The position numbers and the translations under genes are program-made. From a virus (taxonomy: Duplodnaviria > Heunggongvirae > Uroviricota > Caudoviricetes): a DNA stretch of 64,000 bases. Positions within the stretch are counted from its first letter, which is position 1; the number at the start of each line of letters is the position of its first letter. The stretch covers positions 138,914 through 202,913 of IMG/VR virus record IMGVR_UViG_3300033273_000374; one strand, written 5' to 3'. The notes below the pieces were generated by a model. It worked only from the letters and a program-made list of their open reading frames with translations. It searched no databases and was not told the origin of the DNA. Of the stretch, positions 44,435-54,055 are shown one piece after another.

Positions 44435-45224
44435 GTTGTCGAGTGTCTACATTATCTGCACTGTATTCACTGCGTAAATCTTCTACTACATCATTTACAT
44501 AACGTCCTTGGAACGGAATCTGAAACGGTGCATCTTTGGTTTTGGTGTAGGCTGTTACAATACTAACATTGTGCGCTTTGCCATCTCTGTTGTGTAATTG
44601 ATCATATGCACGTTCTAATTCACTGAGTGGTGCACGTGGTTTCTTCTGTTCGTAGTAAGCCCAACTGTCCAGTGTAACAGGACAATCAATGTACTTGCCT
44701 GTGTTTTGTGCAAGCCACATAAACTTCCATTGATATCCATTTGCTGCAACAATATCACGGAACAAGTCTGGATGAAAACTGTAAAAGCAATGATTAAACC
44801 ACGGAGCAAACGGAAGCACATTAATCATTGTGCCGCCAACTTTGCAAAGGTTATGCATGTTTTCAAACACTGTGCGTTGATCAAAAATGTGTTCGCCAGT
44901 GCCGTTGTTTGTAACGTAATCAAATTGTGTTGTGTAGTTATACTTGTCTTTTAGAATAAAGTTGAGATCCATAGCAACAGCACGAAGTTCTGTGTTGATG
45001 TCAATGGCTAGATAATCACCAAAGCCAAGATCCTCAAAGTATTCCCAAACGTATTGTGTAGGTTTGCGGTGTTGTTTACCACTGACACTTGCACAGTGAT
45101 CTAGCCAAACTTCGCTGTATCTAAAACGCTGATTACCCCATTCTACCACTGTTGCCCCAGGAGTAAAATTACCTTGTCTTGATAGTGTAGCAGTTGCTAA
45201 CTGCATTATGTTATTGAAAGCCAT
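44409..45224 (-). CDS. SAM-dependent methyltransferase-like protein
   Basis: EWGNQ, IDIN, DLN, FDYVTNNGTGEHIFDQ, H.LCKVGG. Confidence 0.75.
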   Translation of the reverse strand: MAFNNIMQLATATLSRQGNFTPGATVVEWGNQRFRYSEVWLDHCASVSGKQHRKPTQYVWEYFEDLGFGDYLAIDINTELRAVAMDLNFILKDKYNYTTQFDYVTNNGTGEHIFDQRTVFENMHNLCKVGGTMINVLPFAPWFNHCFYSFHPDLFRDIVAANGYQWKFMWLAQNTGKYIDCPVTLDSWAYYEQKKPRAPLSELERAYDQLHNRDGKAHNVSIVTAYTKTKDAPFQIPFQGRYVNDVVEDLRSEYSADNVDTRQRDHTSASY

Positions 45225-46465
45225 TAGTCTACCTTTTTGAAATGATAATACTCACGTTTGCCACTTGGTCTTGCTTGACCATGATCAATGATTTCAAACT
45301 TACCTGGTCTTGTAAATGCACGAACCATTGCCTCGGTGTGTTGTTGATTGTTAGGACGATTCTCAAGTTTCTGTGTTTCATGTACTACCACTCCACCAGG
45401 CACAAGAAGTTCATGGTAAGCATCTACAATTTGTTCTTCGGTTAGCCCACCAAAGTCACGTAGTTGGATGCTTACTGCAAGACTCAGTACAATATCATAG
45501 TAGTCAGTTGCTTTAAACTTCATATAGTCATTGAATGTGCCTGCGTACCATTTTACATTGGCTGGCTTTTTATCATCACGTAATTTTACAAAAGGTTCAA
45601 CACCTGTTGCTTTTGCAACATGTGGTGCCATAAGTTTTGTGATGAAACCATCATTGCATCCAATATCAATCAGTTGTGCACCGCCATCCCATTGTTGTGC
45701 TAGTTCAACAAGTTTCATACGTTGTACTCTATCTTCAGCATCTTCAATGCCATAACGCTTTTGATACTTGTTCCATTCTTTAACTACTTTTTCTGGTGGT
45801 TGTGTAAACATTGTCATATTATCCCATATTTCTCGAGGGTTACCTTTGCGTAACTCTTTGAACTTAGACTTGTCAGTAAGTTTAGCCATGAGCTCACTTT
45901 CCCAACTTTGTCTAGGATCATCTAGACAAATGTGTAGTGCTTGTCTAAAGTCATCCTTGTTATAAAAACTGTATAGGTATTCTAACCTATCACTTAATCT
46001 TTCGTGTGCTAAACTGTTTATTGGACACGACATCTCAAAGTCTATCAAACTTATTTCGCCATCCTGTATACAAAAGTTACTTAGCGGAAACTTTGCGAAG
46101 TCTTTTGATTTGCTGTTTGGATCCATACCCGGATAAAAATACATTATGTTAGCAAGTTCTAGTTCATCTGCTATTCTATCAATTTGATCATGATACTTGG
46201 TTAATGTGTGTTCATGCCAGGTGTGGAATAGACTTTCACCAACCTCAGTCATTGCTAGACTAAGATCAGACTCATCTGCACCTATCATGTTAGGAAAATG
46301 TAGTTTCCCTTGTAATCTTTGCAAACAAGTTGTTTCTCGTAACCAACAATCGTATATGCTACCACGAGCAGGTTTTACACTTTTTTTATTTCTAGTGCTG
46401 TAACTTTTTACAACATGCTCGCCTGTCATAAAACACCAACTGGCTTTGCCCATAGTATACTGCAT
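45224..46465 (-). CDS. Kinase-like domain fused to SAM methyltransferase
   Basis: N: VVK, RE..CL.RL, HFP, NF.I..G...LIDFE; C: LIDIGCNDG, GVE, LVPGG. Confidence 0.7.
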   Translation of the reverse strand: MQYTMGKASWCFMTGEHVVKSYSTRNKKSVKPARGSIYDCWLRETTCLQRLQGKLHFPNMIGADESDLSLAMTEVGESLFHTWHEHTLTKYHDQIDRIADELELANIMYFYPGMDPNSKSKDFAKFPLSNFCIQDGEISLIDFEMSCPINSLAHERLSDRLEYLYSFYNKDDFRQALHICLDDPRQSWESELMAKLTDKSKFKELRKGNPREIWDNMTMFTQPPEKVVKEWNKYQKRYGIEDAEDRVQRMKLVELAQQWDGGAQLIDIGCNDGFITKLMAPHVAKATGVEPFVKLRDDKKPANVKWYAGTFNDYMKFKATDYYDIVLSLAVSIQLRDFGGLTEEQIVDAYHELLVPGGVVVHETQKLENRPNNQQHTEAMVRAFTRPGKFEIIDHGQARPSGKREYYHFKKVD

Positions 46466-46812
46466 TAGTTTTCACACTTTGTTATATTCTTCTTAAATAT
46501 TTTATCAAATAATATTGCAAGAACCATAGCACCTATGCCTGTCACCAAATGTTCTCCTATAAAATGTTCTGCATGTATTAGTGCGTCAGCGATTGCTGTA
46601 AATGCACCAGTTAGGAAGATGCCTAACCATTGGTTTTTCCATGGAAGAAAACTTGCAGCAAACATAGCAACACCAGTTAATATTCCTGTCTTGCTTGCTG
46701 TAAGGGCGTGACCCCAGTTGAGGACAGACAAGTCACCTTGAACCATACACACCATACACGCTGTCCATGCTTCTCCAAATTTTTCTACTAATACTTTGAG
46801 TCTTTGTTTCAT
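46465..46812 (-). CDS. Multi-TM membrane protein
   Basis: AWTAC...MVQGDL..L...HA..AS.TG; 3-4 hydrophobic helices. Confidence 0.7.
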   Translation of the reverse strand: MKQRLKVLVEKFGEAWTACMVCMVQGDLSVLNWGHALTASKTGILTGVAMFAASFLPWKNQWLGIFLTGAFTAIADALIHAEHFIGEHLVTGIGAMVLAILFDKIFKKNITKCEN

Positions 46813-46822
46813 TTGTTTTATA

Positions 46823-47593
46823 TTACTTTTTAATTTCTTTTACTTTCCACATGCGACCATTGCCGTTGAATTCACCAATGATGTTGATGCTACGGCGGCG
46901 CATGGTTGGAGCAATTCGAGGTGTCACACCATGCACACTGTCTTTTACATTTAGGAACATGCAAAAGTTGTTTGCTTCGTAAGGCACTTCAAAATGTGGC
47001 ACATGCAAATGGTCATCCACTTGACGTCCTAGACTTTTGTTTACTTGTGTAATCTCACCTGTTGCACGATGCACTGTAAAGTTGCCTCCTGGTGCAGTAT
47101 CTCCAGGTTGTCGCATGTATAGCAACCCTGCATATATTTCAACAGGATTATCCACATGTGGTGTGCGAGTGGTGCCTGTTTGATCCACAGGCTCATGCAC
47201 CACAAACTGACAGTCTGCTACATACTGTCCACTGTTGTCTACATCACGTGGCGTTACACTACCTTGTAACAGGTTGTGTAAGAACTCATCGCCATAGGTG
47301 CTACTGATGTTGGGTGCAAACAATTCAACACAGGCTTTGAAATATGCTGCACTGGTGTGATAAGCAAAGAAGTCTTGCCAAATTGCAGGAGGTGCTTGTT
47401 GCACACACTCTTTCATTTTGTAACGATAGGTAATGCCTCCATCGTGCGGTGTTGTGCTGGTAACAAGTTCCATAGGAAATGTTTCACACAATTCACGGTA
47501 ACGGTTTTCAGGTAGTGCACCTTCAACACACACATACGGATAAGGATCAGTGTGAACTTGTTTTACATTTTGTATGCAACTCAAGTCTTCCAT
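46823..47593 (-). CDS. 2OG-Fe(II) oxygenase-like protein
   Basis: DPYPY, PHVD (HxD), GLLYM, GG, S.HGV, RRSIN. Confidence 0.75.
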   Translation of the reverse strand: MEDLSCIQNVKQVHTDPYPYVCVEGALPENRYRELCETFPMELVTSTTPHDGGITYRYKMKECVQQAPPAIWQDFFAYHTSAAYFKACVELFAPNISSTYGDEFLHNLLQGSVTPRDVDNSGQYVADCQFVVHEPVDQTGTTRTPHVDNPVEIYAGLLYMRQPGDTAPGGNFTVHRATGEITQVNKSLGRQVDDHLHVPHFEVPYEANNFCMFLNVKDSVHGVTPRIAPTMRRRSINIIGEFNGNGRMWKVKEIKK

Positions 47594-48486
47594 TTTTTTA
47601 TTCCTTCTGATTTTTGCTGTTGTGCTGCATCATATTCGTGTGGGTTTTTCAACTTTTCAGCACGTATTTGTGCTTTGGTAACATCTCTTACATCTTGCCA
47701 CCATGCATTGTTTTGAAAGTGAACATTGCCACCTTGTATGTCGCCTTTCAAACTTTTGCCTACTTCTTTGCGGAATCCTTTGAGATGGTCCATATACTGT
47801 CCTAGCACACTGTTGATAAAGATATGTCCACTAGCACTAGGACTACCTAGGTCATTGAACTGTACACCCATGCTTTTAAAATCTTCTACCAGTTCACCAA
47901 ATATGAAACTGTCATGTGATTCTGCATGTTCAAAAATGTCATCACTTTCGTATATCCAACGCCACTGTTCCATAAACTGCTCAAACTGTGGATGGTTGCG
48001 ATTGAACATCATCCAACCACATTCTGGCCATGTCTTGCGACCCAAGTATGTGGCAAGTTGATTTTCACTTGGAGCAATCTCATGCAAAAATTCTATGGGC
48101 ATAGGAGTGTGTGTTCTTACATCTCCATCACACCACATGAACACATCTGTGCCGCATGTTTTTGCAAAGTGCCACAGTGCAAATGTTTTGTTTGCAAATC
48201 TACTAGCATCCCACAAAAAACTTTTTTTACTTTTGTCTTTGTTATAACCATGTGCGTGTGGATTGTCTTTGTGTCTGTGCTGCCATGCTTTGAGATCTGG
48301 CAGTGTTGAGGCTTGATCTAACACAGTGATGGTGTCTGCATTTGCAGTGTCTGGTTCATGATCCTCTGCATATATTGTAAGAGGAACACTTTTTGGCCAA
48401 TTGTTTAGATACCCATTGATAAACTGTTGACCGTATTTCTTGTATCCTGTTTGGTGCCAGGAGGTAAATACTGATAATGTGCGCAT
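47581..48486 (-). CDS. GT-A glycosyltransferase
   Basis: WDASRFANK.FA, WCDGD (DxD), ECG, HDS.IF, YMDHLKG; start MRTLS 5 nt after TAAATA. Confidence 0.75.
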   Translation of the reverse strand: MRTLSVFTSWHQTGYKKYGQQFINGYLNNWPKSVPLTIYAEDHEPDTANADTITVLDQASTLPDLKAWQHRHKDNPHAHGYNKDKSKKSFLWDASRFANKTFALWHFAKTCGTDVFMWCDGDVRTHTPMPIEFLHEIAPSENQLATYLGRKTWPECGWMMFNRNHPQFEQFMEQWRWIYESDDIFEHAESHDSFIFGELVEDFKSMGVQFNDLGSPSASGHIFINSVLGQYMDHLKGFRKEVGKSLKGDIQGGNVHFQNNAWWQDVRDVTKAQIRAEKLKNPHEYDAAQQQKSEGIKKWKT

Positions 48487-48499
48487 ATAATTATTTAGC

Positions 48500-49354
48500 A
48501 TGAATATAAGTCACTTCCCAAATAATTTGCCAGGCAACGCAGACATGGTGTATCCACAGGTGTTGGATGCCATGCGCAGCACTGATACAGTTGTAGAAAA
48601 TGATATGGATGCAGATGCTGCACTCATATGGAGTGTGTTATGGTTTGGACGTATGAGTGCTAACAAAAGAGTTTGGGATCATTATAGAGCACAAAACAAA
48701 CCAGTGTTTGTTATAGAGGTTGGCGGTCTGCGTCGCAACAAAACTTGGAAGTTAGGCATCAACGGCATCAACAGAGATGCAGACTTTGCACTAGAAGATG
48801 ATATGCCCGATGATCGCACACAAAAATTAGGTATAGAATTACAACCATGGAAGCAAGATGGCGAGTATGTGCTTGTGTGTGGACAGCACGGACACAGTCA
48901 ACAATGGGTCAACATGCCCGACATGGACACCTACTATCGCAATACCATTATTGAAATACGCAAACACACTGAAAAACCTATTGTAGTTCGTAGTCATCCT
49001 CGTTACAGAGAAGGATTACATTGGGCCTGTGATATGAATTGGTACAAAGAGCAAGAAGTCACATGGAATATACCAAAGCACATTCAGCAAACCTATGATA
49101 GTTTTGATCTAGAACACATGCTCAAACACACATACTTTACAGTGAGTCACAGTAGCAATGCTGGCATAAACAGTATAATACAAGGTGTGCCAAGTGTGGT
49201 CAGTGAAAGCAGTCTAGCATACGAAGTGGGATCTAACAGTGGCAGTTCATTGAACAGACCCAATAGACAAGCATGGTTAAATCGTTTGTGCTACACTGAA
49301 TGGTACGCAGACGAAATAGATACACAATGGCATAGAATTAGAAATTGTGTATAG
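48500..49354 (+). CDS. KpsS-like capsule-modification protein
   Basis: IWSVLW.GRM, IEVG, VLVCGQ, VVRSHPR, SSNAG..S...GVP, YTEW. Confidence 0.7.
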   Translation: MNISHFPNNLPGNADMVYPQVLDAMRSTDTVVENDMDADAALIWSVLWFGRMSANKRVWDHYRAQNKPVFVIEVGGLRRNKTWKLGINGINRDADFALEDDMPDDRTQKLGIELQPWKQDGEYVLVCGQHGHSQQWVNMPDMDTYYRNTIIEIRKHTEKPIVVRSHPRYREGLHWACDMNWYKEQEVTWNIPKHIQQTYDSFDLEHMLKHTYFTVSHSSNAGINSIIQGVPSVVSESSLAYEVGSNSGSSLNRPNRQAWLNRLCYTEWYADEIDTQWHRIRNCV

Positions 49355-49456
49355 ACGTTTTACCGTCATAAATACCATAGAGCAAATGTGCTCTGATTGA
49401 AAGGATAGGTTAAAAGCCTACAACCAATTGGTTAAACCAAAGGAAGAAATTCAAAA

Positions 49457-50395
49457 ATGTTAAATAAATCACTTGCAACTGCGGTTGCACTAGTCTGCAT
49501 TGCTGGCGCGGCACATGCAGAAACAGTAGCTCCTGTTGACAGCCTAGAGGTATCCCCTTTCGGTCGAGCTCGCACATATGTAGAAGTTGACTCTAGAGAT
49601 GGAGTTGATCCAATTGTTGATTCAGGTAGTTCACGCATTGGTCTTAAAGCTAAAGGTCAAAGCGGTGCTATTGGCATCTTTGGTGAAGTAAGTGCAAACT
49701 TAAACCTAAACGGTGGCAACAATGTAACAACACGCATGGGTTATGCTGGTGTCTCATTAGAAAAGTTAGGTAGTCTAAGCATAGGTAGACAGCAAGGTGT
49801 ACAAGATAGTTTCACCGATAATGCAGACATCTTCACAGGTGCAGGCAACAATGCTGCACAACAAATGGGCTTCTACGCAAATCAAAGCATCAAATACACT
49901 AACGAAATTGGTGGCATAAGTGTTGCTGCTCTTGCAGGAATGGACGATGACGATTCAGGTAACGAAACAGTTGATCGTTACGAAGTAGGCGTTGGTGCTT
50001 TTGGCTTTGCTGTTTCTATGGGCCAGGACGAAGGTGCTGATACTTCATACTACGGTATTGGTTATGGAAACAAGTTTGGCAAGGTCAGTGTAGCAGCAAG
50101 TTACACAATTGCTGACGCCAACGACGGTGGAAGTTTTGAAGATATCGTAATGTTCAACAGTGACGAGACAACCGCTGTAACACGCGGCATTGAAGTTGCT
50201 GCAGGTTTTGATCTATCGGATAAACTTACAGTGCTTGGTGGTTACAACCTAACAGATGCTGATGGCGATGAAGGTGTTGCTGTTGGTGAGTTAAAATATG
50301 GACTTGGCAAGAAAGCATTTGCATTTGCCAATGTTGAATACGATCTTGATGCAAGTGAGTATGTAACTAGAACAGGTCTACAAATTAACTTTTAA
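49457..50395 (+). CDS. Outer-membrane porin (Gram-negative porin family)
   Basis: Signal peptide ending AHA-E, SRIG.K, TR.GYAG, G.LSIGRQ, beta-strand pattern, C-terminal Phe. Confidence 0.85.
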   Translation: MLNKSLATAVALVCIAGAAHAETVAPVDSLEVSPFGRARTYVEVDSRDGVDPIVDSGSSRIGLKAKGQSGAIGIFGEVSANLNLNGGNNVTTRMGYAGVSLEKLGSLSIGRQQGVQDSFTDNADIFTGAGNNAAQQMGFYANQSIKYTNEIGGISVAALAGMDDDDSGNETVDRYEVGVGAFGFAVSMGQDEGADTSYYGIGYGNKFGKVSVAASYTIADANDGGSFEDIVMFNSDETTAVTRGIEVAAGFDLSDKLTVLGGYNLTDADGDEGVAVGELKYGLGKKAFAFANVEYDLDASEYVTRTGLQINF

Positions 50396-50416
50396 TAGGC
50401 TCTTAACTATACAATG

Positions 50417-50445
50417 AAAAAAGCAGCGGAAACGCTGCTTTTTTT
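50417..50445. terminator. Bidirectional Rho-independent terminator
   Basis: A6-GCAGCG-GAAA-CGCTGC-T7 between convergent genes. Confidence 0.9.
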
Positions 50446-51199
50446 ATGAGTGGTGTCTGTAATCAAACACTTCGCCATCTAACCATTTTGTTATAAGTCC
50501 GTTGTCTGTGAGATAACCTATGCGTGTTACAATTTCACTCATATTCTCACTGAGCAATCCAAGTTCATCCAACTGATACCAAGTGCTGGCATAGTCTACA
50601 GGGTCTTGATTTTTGTAACAAATTACTTCTATATAATCTTCAAACGCAGGCTTTTTGAAATATGCATCTGCACAATCAAATCCGTTGAGTGCTAACAAAT
50701 ATATCAACTGCGAAAGTGTAAAAGTAGAATATTGGTTTGCAAATGTATAGTTCTTAAACTTGTGATGCATAACATTAACAGTGCTGGGCACACAAAGATA
50801 TAACATGCTGTTTACAGCCATTTGCTTGCTTATAGCACCTAACAGTTTAAGTGGACTGTGTGCATACTGTAATGTATCATGACACCATACAACATCAAAT
50901 TTGCGTTCACTAAAAGGCAATCTGTCTGTGGTGTTGAAGTCATGCTTGACCAGCATTATGTTTTTGTTGTTAGCAGGTTGTTTAGGTTTTGTATCTAGTC
51001 CAACACATTTGATGTTGAGTGGTTGTGGATTTTCTAAATCACCATCTGTAGCATTAGCCCACCAATCTAGATCTAATCCTTCGCCACTGCCTACGTCCAA
51101 CAAGTGCTTGATGCTGAGTTTAAAATCAGTAAAGCCATCTAGATACTGTAGTGTTTGCATGCTGTGTGCATGACTTTGATGTGCATCCTCAAACATCAT
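50444..51199 (-). CDS. SAM-dependent methyltransferase
   Basis: LDVGSGEG, GLD, FDVVWCHD.LQY..SP. Confidence 0.8.
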   Translation of the reverse strand: MMFEDAHQSHAHSMQTLQYLDGFTDFKLSIKHLLDVGSGEGLDLDWWANATDGDLENPQPLNIKCVGLDTKPKQPANNKNIMLVKHDFNTTDRLPFSERKFDVVWCHDTLQYAHSPLKLLGAISKQMAVNSMLYLCVPSTVNVMHHKFKNYTFANQYSTFTLSQLIYLLALNGFDCADAYFKKPAFEDYIEVICYKNQDPVDYASTWYQLDELGLLSENMSEIVTRIGYLTDNGLITKWLDGEVFDYRHHS

Positions 51200-51507
51200 G
51201 ATTTGAGTATACCTATCATGCTATAACCTTTGGCAATCTCCATTGCAGCATCGCCATCCTTAATCAATTTTGGCAATAATTTTTTATCATCATACTTGGG
51301 ATTATTTTGTACCACAAGCATTATATCTATTGCTTGTTTATAATTCTTTTTAGCGTTAGCAAAGAATTGTTGACAATCTCTGTATCTACGCCAACCTTCA
51401 GCAGTAGCGGCACCATTGCGTATGCCTTTGAGCATGGCAGTTTCTAGTTTGTTGCATTCAATCCAACGATTGTACACACTCATATAGTCAATATCAGACT
51501 TGGACAT
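51196..51507 (-). CDS. Hypothetical protein
   Basis: 103 aa, overlapping neighbours. Confidence 0.55.
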   Translation of the reverse strand: MSKSDIDYMSVYNRWIECNKLETAMLKGIRNGAATAEGWRRYRDCQQFFANAKKNYKQAIDIMLVVQNNPKYDDKKLLPKLIKDGDAAMEIAKGYSMIGILKS

Positions 51508-51952
51508 CTTCCATACCCGCTGTTCTCAGTCGTACAATGTGACCCATTTGCCACTGCTTGGTATCAAGGCCTTTCATTATGCCCAGCCAACGGTTGCGTA
51601 GCAGTGCTACTTCATTAATGATTGTTTCAAAGTCTACTACTTCGTCTTCACCATCCACATATTTTTCAGCATCACGTGATGTAAGTGCTCTTGGATAGTT
51701 TTCCAAATACTTTACAAAATGCTTGCGGCGTATCTTACGCAACTGTATGTTAAGGTGATTGAGTACTGCTTCTACTTCTTGCAATTGGTTAAAACGTATT
51801 TCTGTTACTGCAGGCAAGTGTTTGATGTTCTTCTCAACAATACCATGTATGCCAACTTCTTTGCGAGCTTCTTCTAACTCTGCTTCAAAGTGTGCTATAA
51901 AGTCAGGAATAAATGACATATCCTGTACTACTTTGCTATACCAATTTGCCAT
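51494..51952 (-). CDS. uvsY: Recombination mediator UvsY-like
   Basis: Helical; AEKYVDGE.E, MKGLD.KQWQ..IVRLR; next to uvsX. Confidence 0.75.
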   Translation of the reverse strand: MANWYSKVVQDMSFIPDFIAHFEAELEEARKEVGIHGIVEKNIKHLPAVTEIRFNQLQEVEAVLNHLNIQLRKIRRKHFVKYLENYPRALTSRDAEKYVDGEDEVVDFETIINEVALLRNRWLGIMKGLDTKQWQMGHIVRLRTAGMEDVQV

Positions 51953-51958
51953 GTTTAT

Positions 51959-51987
51959 ATACTACAACAAGAAAGTAGAACTGTCAA
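51959..51987 (-). promoter_or_regulatory. Sigma70-type promoter of uvsY (leaderless)
   Basis: TTGACA-17nt-TAGTAT, 6 nt before ATG. Confidence 0.65.
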
Positions 51988-51991
51988 CTGT

Positions 51992-52213
51992 TTAGTCGCT
52001 CCAGTCAAAATCTTCATCATAATCATCTTCTAGTAGACCGTGATCTTCTATGGACTGTCTGAGATATTTGTCTTCTACTAGTTCTAGTAAATCTTGCTCG
52101 TCTACACCCAAGTCAATAAGGCTGTTGATGTAATGATCAGCAGCATGTTGTTTGTCTTTGATGTATTGAGAAAGAATTTGCCAAGACTCGAGTATCAAGT
52201 CTTTTTCTTCCAT
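51992..52213 (-). CDS. Small acidic conserved protein
   Basis: 73 aa between uvsX and uvsY. Confidence 0.65.
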   Translation of the reverse strand: MEEKDLILESWQILSQYIKDKQHAADHYINSLIDLGVDEQDLLELVEDKYLRQSIEDHGLLEDDYDEDFDWSD

Positions 52214-52215
52214 TA

Positions 52216-53298
52216 TTAATCTTCCCCGTTGTCTATGTCAACTGCAACACTTTCTTCATCAAGCTCTGCTGTTGGCTCGGTATTTACCTTTCCCTCGGAG
52301 ATATCTTTCATAATGACTTCAAGTTTTTCACCTGTCCAACCTTTGCGAAACTCTAGCATTTCTTCGCCAGCGGCTGTAACATACTTGAGACGGTTACCTT
52401 GTTTAACAAGTAGTTCTTGTTTTTCAAACAAGTCAATGAGTCCACTGTATGGATCCATACCAGTTTCATATGGAATCTTAACTTGCACACCTTCAAAAGG
52501 TTTTGCATAACGTGTTTTCATTACCTTACATGCTGCACGAATACCTCGTACATCACTTACCTTGTTGCCTGCTTCGTCTTCTTTGAGTTTGAGTTTACGC
52601 ATAGCAACCACAATACTACTTGCATAGATAAAGCCTTGTCCACCTGAGATCTTATCATCTGGATCAAACATGTCTTGTGATGCATATGTATGGTTAGTAC
52701 ACACCATGCCAACGTTATAACTACCAATCATATTTACTGTGTTACGCACAAGAGCAGTTAGTGCTTTGGGCTTACGACCCAAGTCACCTTTCATGTCACC
52801 CTTGTCAAATTGATCAACGTCTGTTGGTGTTAGCAACATGCCTAAACTGTCAATTACAAACAACACCTTTGGACGTTCTTCCTCGGCCATTGCTTTGTAA
52901 TCTTTCATGAATGTTGAGATTGTTTTAGCAACATCATCAATCATGCTCATGCTAAGTTTTAGCAGTTTGCTTTCATCAGTGTCTACACCCAGTGCTTGTA
53001 GCCAAGCCTCGTCAAGTGCATTCTCTGAGTCAATAAGAACTACAAAAATACCTTGTGCTTGTGCGGCTTTAACAATGTTACCACTTGCAAAATAACTTTT
53101 GCCTGCACCTGATTCACCAGCAAACACAGTTACTTTGCCCATGGGCACACCTTTGTAAAAGTCTCCACTTATGAGCCAGTTGAGTGCATAGCTTCCTGTG
53201 CTGATCCAGTCAGTTGGATCATGGAACCCAATGCTGAGTCCATCAATGCTTTTAGTAATATCCTTGCGGAACTTGCTTACGTCAAACGGTTTTGCCAT
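52216..53298 (-). CDS. uvsX: RecA-like recombinase UvsX
   Basis: ISTG, GESGAGKS, IDSENA, VIDSLG, TNHTY, SGG.G, KTR. Confidence 0.93.
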   Translation of the reverse strand: MAKPFDVSKFRKDITKSIDGLSIGFHDPTDWISTGSYALNWLISGDFYKGVPMGKVTVFAGESGAGKSYFASGNIVKAAQAQGIFVVLIDSENALDEAWLQALGVDTDESKLLKLSMSMIDDVAKTISTFMKDYKAMAEEERPKVLFVIDSLGMLLTPTDVDQFDKGDMKGDLGRKPKALTALVRNTVNMIGSYNVGMVCTNHTYASQDMFDPDDKISGGQGFIYASSIVVAMRKLKLKEDEAGNKVSDVRGIRAACKVMKTRYAKPFEGVQVKIPYETGMDPYSGLIDLFEKQELLVKQGNRLKYVTAAGEEMLEFRKGWTGEKLEVIMKDISEGKVNTEPTAELDEESVAVDIDNGED

Positions 53299-54055
53299 TT
53301 GTTTCTCCTATGTGTAGACTAATATACTTTGCCCAATAAGTGTCAACTAGTCTTTCGTTAAAATCAGTATATCCTAAGTTTTTGTATAATTCATGCATTG
53401 CATCTAAAAAAACACTATTGTAAAAAATTGTATCATCTATATTAAAACAATAATGATTTTTATGTGTGATAGGATAGAAGTTTTGCATTTCCTTAGTTAT
53501 TTCACTGTCAAATGCTTTCAATTTTGTAGTGTTATATCCTACACGTTCAAACTGTTTCCAATTGGGCCACATACCACCTTTTAAACTTTCATAATGGTCT
53601 TGTGTTTCTATATCGTTACCAATTGGTCTTTGGTTGTTGGGGTCCTTTAATGCATGAGCAAGTCTTTGAAACTTTACCACATTAGTTAGTGTAATTATAA
53701 CAACTTCAGTGTGTGATTGCAACCACTTTTGTATTCCAACACTAGAGTGTTCGGTAAGAAAATGATCTAGCGTGTTGTAAAAAAGTATATCTCCATGCTG
53801 ATGGATTGACCTAATCCTATCTTTATAAAAACCTCCTTCGTCAAACTCATAATCTAACCATCTGTCCATTTTATTAGAAGGAGGTAGTGTCTGTAACACT
53901 AATCCTAGCCTGTACTCATAATCGTCAGGGTGATTTGTCAAATAATCTATACCTTGTAGTGTCATAGGTTGAGCATATTTACTTAGACTTAGGCAGTTTG
54001 CTATAAACTTTCCTCCGCTGTATGCAGAAAAATGTAGTATGATAAGTCTATTCAT
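53282..54055 (-). CDS. Hypothetical, sulfotransferase-like N-terminus
   Basis: FSAYSGGKFIANCL; YE.LKG..WP motif; AT-rich. Confidence 0.45.
   Translation of the reverse strand: MNRLIILHFSAYSGGKFIANCLSLSKYAQPMTLQGIDYLTNHPDDYEYRLGLVLQTLPPSNKMDRWLDYEFDEGGFYKDRIRSIHQHGDILFYNTLDHFLTEHSSVGIQKWLQSHTEVVIITLTNVVKFQRLAHALKDPNNQRPIGNDIETQDHYESLKGGMWPNWKQFERVGYNTTKLKAFDSEITKEMQNFYPITHKNHYCFNIDDTIFYNSVFLDAMHELYKNLGYTDFNERLVDTYWAKYISLHIGETNGKTV

Noticed and set aside
49375-49445. c-di-GMP riboswitch or hammerhead ribozyme in the porin leader
   Set aside because: GCAAA, GAAA and CTGA words are present but the required stems and spacing are not.
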